Source: an uncultured Muribaculaceae bacterium
Lineage (GTDB): Bacteria > Bacteroidota > Bacteroidia > Bacteroidales > Muribaculaceae
NCBI GenBank assembly: GCA_964613095.1
Contig: CAZTFX010000003.1
Span: 13,538 to 77,537, forward strand
Reading direction: 5' to 3'
Length of the DNA stretch: 64,000 bases
Each line of letters starts with the position of its first letter. The stretch's first letter is position 1. The notes under the pieces are model-generated. The model worked only from the letters and a program-made list of their open reading frames with translations. It was not told the DNA's origin and searched no databases. Made by a program: the position numbers and the translations under genes. This document shows, one piece after another, positions 58,967 to 64,000 of the stretch.

Positions 58967-61879
58967 ATGAAAAAGAAAATTATTTTATTAGCATTATTGC
59001 TAAGTATATGGATTAGCGTTTATGCTCATACTTTTGAAGTTAATGGAATTTATTATAATATTATATCAGGAACTCATAGAACCGTCTCAGTAACATATCA
59101 AGGCACCTCTTATGATCTATACAGCAATGAATATAGCGGAAATGTTGTAATTCCGGAGAGAGTAAACTATAACTATAGTACTTATTCAGTTACAAGCATT
59201 GGTGAAAATGCTTTCTATAATTGCACCGGATTAACAAGTGTAACAATACCAAATTCAGTTACAAGCATTGGTGATTGGGCTTTCGGTTATTGCACCGGAT
59301 TAACAAGTGTAACAATACCAAATTCAGTCACCTACATTGGTAAAAATGCTTTCTATAATTGCACCGGATTGACAAGTGTAGAATTTAATGCTGAGAATTG
59401 TACAAGTATGGGTAGTTCGTCTAACCCTGTATTTTCTGATTGTACTGCATTATCATCTGTTACAATCGGAGAAAATGTTAAAAACATACCTGCTAATGCT
59501 TTTATGTATTGCACCGGCTTGACAAGCGTAACAATACCAAACTCAGTCACCAACATTGGTGATTGGGCTTTCTATGGTTGTAGAAGCTTGACAAGCGTAA
59601 CAATACCAAACTCAGTCACCAACATTGGCACAAGTACTTTCAAAAATTGCACCGGATTGACAAGTGTAACAATACCAAACTCGGTTACCAACATTGGTTC
59701 AAGTGCTTTCAATAGTTGCTCCGGTTTGACAAGTATAACAATACCAAACTCAGTCACAAGCATTGGTAAAAGTGCTTTCGGTTATTGCACCGGATTGACA
59801 AGTGTAACAATACCAAACTCAGTCACAAGCATTGGAGAAAGTGCTTTCTCTGATTGTAGTAGCTTGACAAGTGTTACAATTCCAAACTCGGTTACCAGCA
59901 TTGGAGAATCAGCTTTCCACAGTTGCAGAGGATTGACAAGTGTTACAATACCAAACTCAGTCACAAGCATTGGTGAAAATGCTTTCTATAATTGCACCGG
60001 ATTGACAAGTGTAGAATTTAATGCTGAGAATTGTACAAGTATGGGTAGTTCGTCTAACCCTGTATTTTCTGATTGTACTGCATTATCATCTGTTACAATC
60101 GGAGAAAATGTTAAAAACATACCTGCTAATGCTTTTATGTATTGCACTGGCTTGACAAGTGTGACAATAGGAAATTCAGTCACAAGCATTGGTAAAAGTG
60201 CTTTCTATATGTGTACCGGCTTGACAAGTGTTACAATACCAAATTCAGTCACCAACATTGGTGAAAGTGCTTTCATTAATTGCACCGGCTTGACAAGCGT
60301 AACAATACCAAACTCAGTCACCAACATTGGTGATTGGGCTTTCTATGGTTGTAGAAGCTTGACAAGCGTAACAATACCAAATTCAGTCACCAGCATTGGT
60401 GAAAATGCTTTCTGTAGGTGCTCCGGATTAACAAGCGTAATGTTTAACGCAGAGAATTGTACAAGTATGGGTAGTTCATCTGCTCCCATATTTGAATATT
60501 GTACAACATTATCATCTGTTAAAATCGGAGAAAATGTTAAAAACATACCTGCTTATGCTTTTAAGTATTGCACTGGCTTGACAAGTGTGACAATAGGAAA
60601 TTCAGTCACAAGCATTGGAGAAAGTGCTTTCTCTGATTGTAGTAGCTTGACAAGTGTTACAATTCCAAACTCGGTTACCAGCATTGGAGAATCAGCTTTC
60701 CACAGTTGCAGAGGATTGACAAGTGTTACAATACCAAACTCAGTCACAAGCATTGGTGAAAATGCTTTCTATAATTGCACCGGATTGACAAGTGTAGAAT
60801 TTAATGCTGAGAATTGTACAAGTATGGGTAGTTCGTCTAACCCTGTATTTTCTGATTGTACTGCATTATCATCTGTTACAATCGGAGAAAATGTTAAAAA
60901 CATACCTGCTAATGCTTTTATGTATTGCACCGGCTTGACAAGCGTAACAATACCAAACTCAGTCACCAACATTGGTGATTGGGCTTTCTATGGTTGTAGA
61001 AGCTTGACAAGCGTAACAATACCAAACTCAGTCACCAACATTGGCACAAGTACTTTCAAAAATTGCACCGGATTGACAAGTGTAACAATACCAAACTCGG
61101 TTACCAACATTGGTTCAAGTGCTTTCAATAGTTGCTCCGGTTTGACAAGTATAACAATACCAAACTCAGTCACAAGCATTGGTAAAAGTGCTTTCGGTTA
61201 TTGCACCGGATTGACAAGTGTAATGTTTAACGCAGAGAATTGTACAAGTATGGGTAGTTCGTCTAATCCTGTATTTGCAAATTGTACTGCATTATCATCT
61301 GTTACAATCAAAAAAAATGTTAAAAACATACCGGATTATGCTTTCTATGGTTGTACCGGATTGACAAGTATAACAATACCAAACTCAGTCACCTACATTG
61401 GTTCAAGTACTTTCTATAATTGCACCGGCTTGACAAGCATAACAATACCAAACTCAGTCACCAACATTGGTTCAAGTGCTTTCATTAATTGCACCGGTTT
61501 AACAGAAGTTATTATAGGAAAATCAGTAAAGAGTATTGGAGAATCTGCCTTTGGCGGGATTAACAGATTAGCAAAAATCTATTCTTTAAACCCTGTACCA
61601 CCTACTTGTGCCAATGAAAATGTTTTCAGTGACGTAAATAAGGATAAATGTGCTTTATATGTTCCAAGTGGAACAGCCGAAGAATATAAGTTGACATACG
61701 TTTGGTGGGATTTCAATAATATTATAGAAAAAGACTTGTCGGGAGTGGAAGAAACATTTATCGATGATGACGCCAATGCGGAGTATTACAACTTACAAGG
61801 AATGAAAGTGGAAAACCCATCAAACGGTATTTTCATAAAGCGACAAGGCGGAAAAACCACGAAGATAATTAGAAATTAG
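58967..61879 (+). CDS. BspA-type leucine-rich-repeat surface protein with a T9SS C-terminal sorting domain
   Basis: Signal peptide MKKKIILLALLLSIWISVYA. It carries many tens of ~23-aa units (CTGLTSVTIPNSVTSIGxxAFxx). The C-terminal ..AEYYNLQGMKVENPSNGIFIKRQGGKTTKIIRN resembles T9SS type A CTDs. ATG at 58967 is preferred over 58940. Confidence 0.85.
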   Translation: MKKKIILLALLLSIWISVYAHTFEVNGIYYNIISGTHRTVSVTYQGTSYDLYSNEYSGNVVIPERVNYNYSTYSVTSIGENAFYNCTGLTSVTIPNSVTSIGDWAFGYCTGLTSVTIPNSVTYIGKNAFYNCTGLTSVEFNAENCTSMGSSSNPVFSDCTALSSVTIGENVKNIPANAFMYCTGLTSVTIPNSVTNIGDWAFYGCRSLTSVTIPNSVTNIGTSTFKNCTGLTSVTIPNSVTNIGSSAFNSCSGLTSITIPNSVTSIGKSAFGYCTGLTSVTIPNSVTSIGESAFSDCSSLTSVTIPNSVTSIGESAFHSCRGLTSVTIPNSVTSIGENAFYNCTGLTSVEFNAENCTSMGSSSNPVFSDCTALSSVTIGENVKNIPANAFMYCTGLTSVTIGNSVTSIGKSAFYMCTGLTSVTIPNSVTNIGESAFINCTGLTSVTIPNSVTNIGDWAFYGCRSLTSVTIPNSVTSIGENAFCRCSGLTSVMFNAENCTSMGSSSAPIFEYCTTLSSVKIGENVKNIPAYAFKYCTGLTSVTIGNSVTSIGESAFSDCSSLTSVTIPNSVTSIGESAFHSCRGLTSVTIPNSVTSIGENAFYNCTGLTSVEFNAENCTSMGSSSNPVFSDCTALSSVTIGENVKNIPANAFMYCTGLTSVTIPNSVTNIGDWAFYGCRSLTSVTIPNSVTNIGTSTFKNCTGLTSVTIPNSVTNIGSSAFNSCSGLTSITIPNSVTSIGKSAFGYCTGLTSVMFNAENCTSMGSSSNPVFANCTALSSVTIKKNVKNIPDYAFYGCTGLTSITIPNSVTYIGSSTFYNCTGLTSITIPNSVTNIGSSAFINCTGLTEVIIGKSVKSIGESAFGGINRLAKIYSLNPVPPTCANENVFSDVNKDKCALYVPSGTAEEYKLTYVWWDFNNIIEKDLSGVEETFIDDDANAEYYNLQGMKVENPSNGIFIKRQGGKTTKIIRN
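59343..59807 (+). repeat. 465-bp segment identical to 60759-61223
   Basis: Base-by-base reading shows no difference between the two copies (offset 1416 bp). Its first 172 bp also recur at 59976-60147. Confidence 0.9.
59819..60147 (+). repeat. 329-bp segment identical to 60602-60930
   Basis: Read as identical (offset 783 bp). The copies diverge at c/t (60148 vs 60931). Confidence 0.9.
60602..61223 (+). repeat. 622-bp chimeric duplicate (first 329 bp = 59819-60147, last 465 bp = 59343-59807, sharing a 172-bp triplicated core)
   Basis: Derived from the two identities above. The core 60759-60930 is present three times in the gene. Confidence 0.85.
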
Positions 61880-61927
61880 GAGTGAAGAATTCGGAGTTGG
61901 GAGTTTTACTTGCAAAATCAAGTTTAG

Positions 61928-61965
61928 ACAATAGGCTGTGTTGACACAGTCTATTGTTGTTTTAT
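61928..61965 (+). terminator. intrinsic terminator after the LRR gene
   Basis: acaataggctgtg / cacagtctattgt (1 mismatch), loop ttga, followed by tgttttat. Confidence 0.7.
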
Positions 61966-61981
61966 CGGGCTTATAACCCTT

Positions 61982-62008
61982 ATTAGGCTAATTAGGCTTA
62001 AGCCTAAT
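61982..62008. promoter_or_regulatory. ATTAGGCT half-site triplet including an 18-bp perfect palindrome
   Basis: attaggct (61982-61989), then attaggcttaagcctaat (61991-62008), a perfect palindrome. It lies about 85 bp upstream of prfA. Confidence 0.3.
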
Positions 62009-62091
62009 ATTATCTATATACTTCATGAAATTGTGGTTTGTGTGTATTTTTTTGCTATTTTTGTAGAAAATTACAAGAAACGAACTCTTTT

Positions 62092-63201
62092 ATGGCAAAA
62101 ACACCACTTTTAGAACGTCTCGAAGGCTTAGATGCCCGATTTGAAGAAATCGGCACGCTTATTACCGACCCATCGGTAATTGCCGACATGAAACGTTACG
62201 TAAAACTAAGCAAAGAATACAAAGACCTTGAAGAACTGCTTAAGGCGGCAAACAAATATAAAAATGCACTGAACGGAATTGAAGAAGCACGTTTTATTCT
62301 GGACTCGGAAACCGATGAAGACTTGCGTGAAATGGCTAAGGAAGAACTTGAAGCCAACACACTGGCAATTCCGCGTATGGAAGAAGAAATCAAGCTGTTG
62401 CTTATCCCTGAAGACCCCGAAGACAGCAGAAATGCCATAGTGGAAATACGCGGAGGTACAGGTGGTGACGAGGCTTCCATTTTTGCAGGCGATTTATTCC
62501 GCATGTACACAAAATATTGTGAGACAAAAGGTTGGAAAACCGAAATTTCAAATTTCAACGAAGGTGCAGCAGGTGGATTCAAAGAAATTGTATTTACCGT
62601 ATCGGGTCCCGGAGTATATGGAACATTGAAATATGAATCGGGTGTACACCGCGTGCAACGTGTACCTGCTACCGAAACTCAAGGTCGTGTACACACATCG
62701 GCAGCGTCGGTTGCAGTACTTCCGGAAGCCGAACCGTTCGATGTCGAAATCAACGAAGGTGAAATAAAATGGGATACATTCCGAAGTGGTGGTGCAGGTG
62801 GTCAGAACGTAAATAAAGTTGAATCGGGAGTACGCCTACGCTATATGTGGAAAAATCCAAATACCGGCGAAACCGAAGAAATTCTAATCGAGTGTACCGA
62901 AACACGCGATCAGCCTAAAAACAAGGAACGCGCCCTAACCCGCTTACGTTCATTTATCTACGATAAAGAACATCAAAAATACGTTGATGATATAGCTTCT
63001 CGACGTAAAACAATGGTTTCAACAGGTGACCGTTCAGCAAAAATACGCACATATAACTATCCTCAAGGACGTATCACCGACCATCGTATAGGTTACACCA
63101 TTTATAATCTGAATGCATTTATGGATGGAGACATTCAAGATTGCATAGACCACTTGATTGTTGCCGAAAATGCAGAAAAACTTAAAGAAACTGAATTATA
63201 A
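62092..63201 (+). CDS. prfA: peptide chain release factor 1
   Basis: The PAT tripeptide (RVPATETQGR) identifies RF1, and the GGQ motif is present (SGGAGGQNVNKVES). ATG at 62092 (MAKTPLLERL) is preferred over the TTG at 62038. Confidence 0.95.
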   Translation: MAKTPLLERLEGLDARFEEIGTLITDPSVIADMKRYVKLSKEYKDLEELLKAANKYKNALNGIEEARFILDSETDEDLREMAKEELEANTLAIPRMEEEIKLLLIPEDPEDSRNAIVEIRGGTGGDEASIFAGDLFRMYTKYCETKGWKTEISNFNEGAAGGFKEIVFTVSGPGVYGTLKYESGVHRVQRVPATETQGRVHTSAASVAVLPEAEPFDVEINEGEIKWDTFRSGGAGGQNVNKVESGVRLRYMWKNPNTGETEEILIECTETRDQPKNKERALTRLRSFIYDKEHQKYVDDIASRRKTMVSTGDRSAKIRTYNYPQGRITDHRIGYTIYNLNAFMDGDIQDCIDHLIVAENAEKLKETEL

Positions 63202-63266
63202 AACATAGCACATTAAGACAATTAAAAATGCTTTTATGTCTTTTTGTCTAAGAAAATTAAGATAAT

Positions 63267-64000
63267 ATGAACAAGCAAGAATTAATCAACAACATCAAGG
63301 CAAAGAAATCTTTCTTATGCGTGGGACTGGATCCCGATATTGAAAAAATGCCGGAAAAGTTGAAAGGTCAACTTTTTGAATTCAACAAAGCCATCATCGA
63401 CGCAACGGCTCAATATGCTGTGGCATATAAGCCCAATCTTGCATTCTATGAGGTACTTGGTGCTAACGGCGTTGAAGAATTTGAAAAAACAGTAAAATAC
63501 ATACAAGAAAAACATCCTGATATTTTCATTATTGCTGACGCTAAACGAGGTGATATAGGAAATACATCCAAGATGTATGCTAAAGGACTGTTTGAACATA
63601 CCAACGTTGACGCTATCACAGTAGCTCCATACATGGGAGAAGACAGTGTAACTCCATTCTTAGGATATGACGGAAAATGGGTGATTCTGCTTGCATTGAC
63701 TTCAAACAAAGGCTCTCAAGACTTCCAATTCTGTAAAGACGAGAACGGCACTCCCCTATTTGAAAAGGTTCTTCGTAAATCGGCTGAATGGGGAGATGAT
63801 ACCAACATGATGTATGTTGTAGGTGCTACACAAGGTAAAATGTTTGAAGAAATCCGTCGTATTTCTCCCAAAAGTTTCCTATTGGTTCCGGGCGTAGGTG
63901 CACAAGGCGGCAGTTTGAGTGAAGTGGCAAAATACGGTATGACCGACGAATGCGGACTATTGGTAAACTCTTCTCGCGGTATCATTCATGCATCAAAAGA
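63267..64000 (+). CDS. pyrF: orotidine-5'-phosphate decarboxylase (type 2), 3' end beyond the window
   Basis: Not in the track because there is no stop within the window. ATG 63267 gives [24 protein letters not shown]...[13 protein letters not shown]...[11 protein letters not shown]. Confidence 0.85.
   Translation, partial: MNKQELINNIKAKKSFLCVGLDPDIEKMPEKLKGQLFEFNKAIIDATAQYAVAYKPNLAFYEVLGANGVEEFEKTVKYIQEKHPDIFIIADAKRGDIGNTSKMYAKGLFEHTNVDAITVAPYMGEDSVTPFLGYDGKWVILLALTSNKGSQDFQFCKDENGTPLFEKVLRKSAEWGDDTNMMYVVGATQGKMFEEIRRISPKSFLLVPGVGAQGGSLSEVAKYGMTDECGLLVNSSRGIIHASK

Noticed and set aside
59353-61179. Eight minus-strand ORFs of 62-67 aa with near-identical peptides (MLVTEFGIVTLV...)
   Set aside because: They are antisense read-throughs of the LRR repeats. 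Their identity simply mirrors the plus-strand duplications. The plus-strand 970-aa frame, with its signal peptide and T9SS tail, explains the region.
59100-61550. A regular ~69-bp periodic repeat that could superficially look like a CRISPR array
   Set aside because: The repeats are contiguous with no unique spacers, stay in one open reading frame and encode the canonical LRR consensus. No cas genes are present.
63315-63985. Three minus-strand ORFs (87-94 aa)
   Set aside because: They are antisense to the unlisted but clearly recognisable pyrF frame (..[15 protein letters not shown]..), which runs off the window end.

Overview
This is an AT-rich chromosomal segment that looks Bacteroidota (Bacteroidales-like). 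The lineage call rests on TAnnTTTG -7 promoter boxes just upstream of starts, no obvious Shine-Dalgarno use, a T9SS-type C-terminal sorting tail, and many CarboxypepD_reg, LysM and OmpA-type envelope proteins. About 60 genes are densely packed and most are housekeeping: holA, phospho-sugar mutase, M18 aminopeptidase, nadD, gmk, yicC, tsaB, rimM, proS, dnaE, trxA, galM, fur-family, purA, carB, smpB, cdsA, purM-like, mltF-like, gyrA, a Clp/Hsp100 ATPase, trmN6-like, marC, nfsA-like, prfA and pyrF (partial). There is one tRNA-Glu(CUC). I saw no rRNA, CRISPR array, transposase or prophage. The clearly accessory part is 57.4-61.9 kb. It has a 604-bp non-coding gap holding a 13-bp inverted repeat, a canonical promoter box and a terminator-like hairpin. 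That gap is followed by a tight three-gene operon: a 205-aa protein with a HEPN-like Rx4H motif, a 102-aa unknown, and a 970-aa BspA-type LRR surface protein. The LRR gene is a mosaic of 172-465 bp perfectly identical internal repeats. Other points worth a second look: (1) a BlaI / M56 BlaR1-like module with no penicillin-binding sensor, a free-standing paralogue of its extracytoplasmic domain, and phased operator-like dyads; (2) a Clp ATPase lacking the Clp_N domain, preceded by an untracked 59-codon ORF whose stop overlaps the Clp start; (3) a secreted Trp/Tyr-rich, His7, RGG-tailed protein paired with a FadL-like barrel; (4) an orphan tyrosine recombinase wedged between housekeeping genes; (5) a nested palindromic element between convergent genes. 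All functional calls come from motif recognition by eye, since no searches could be run.
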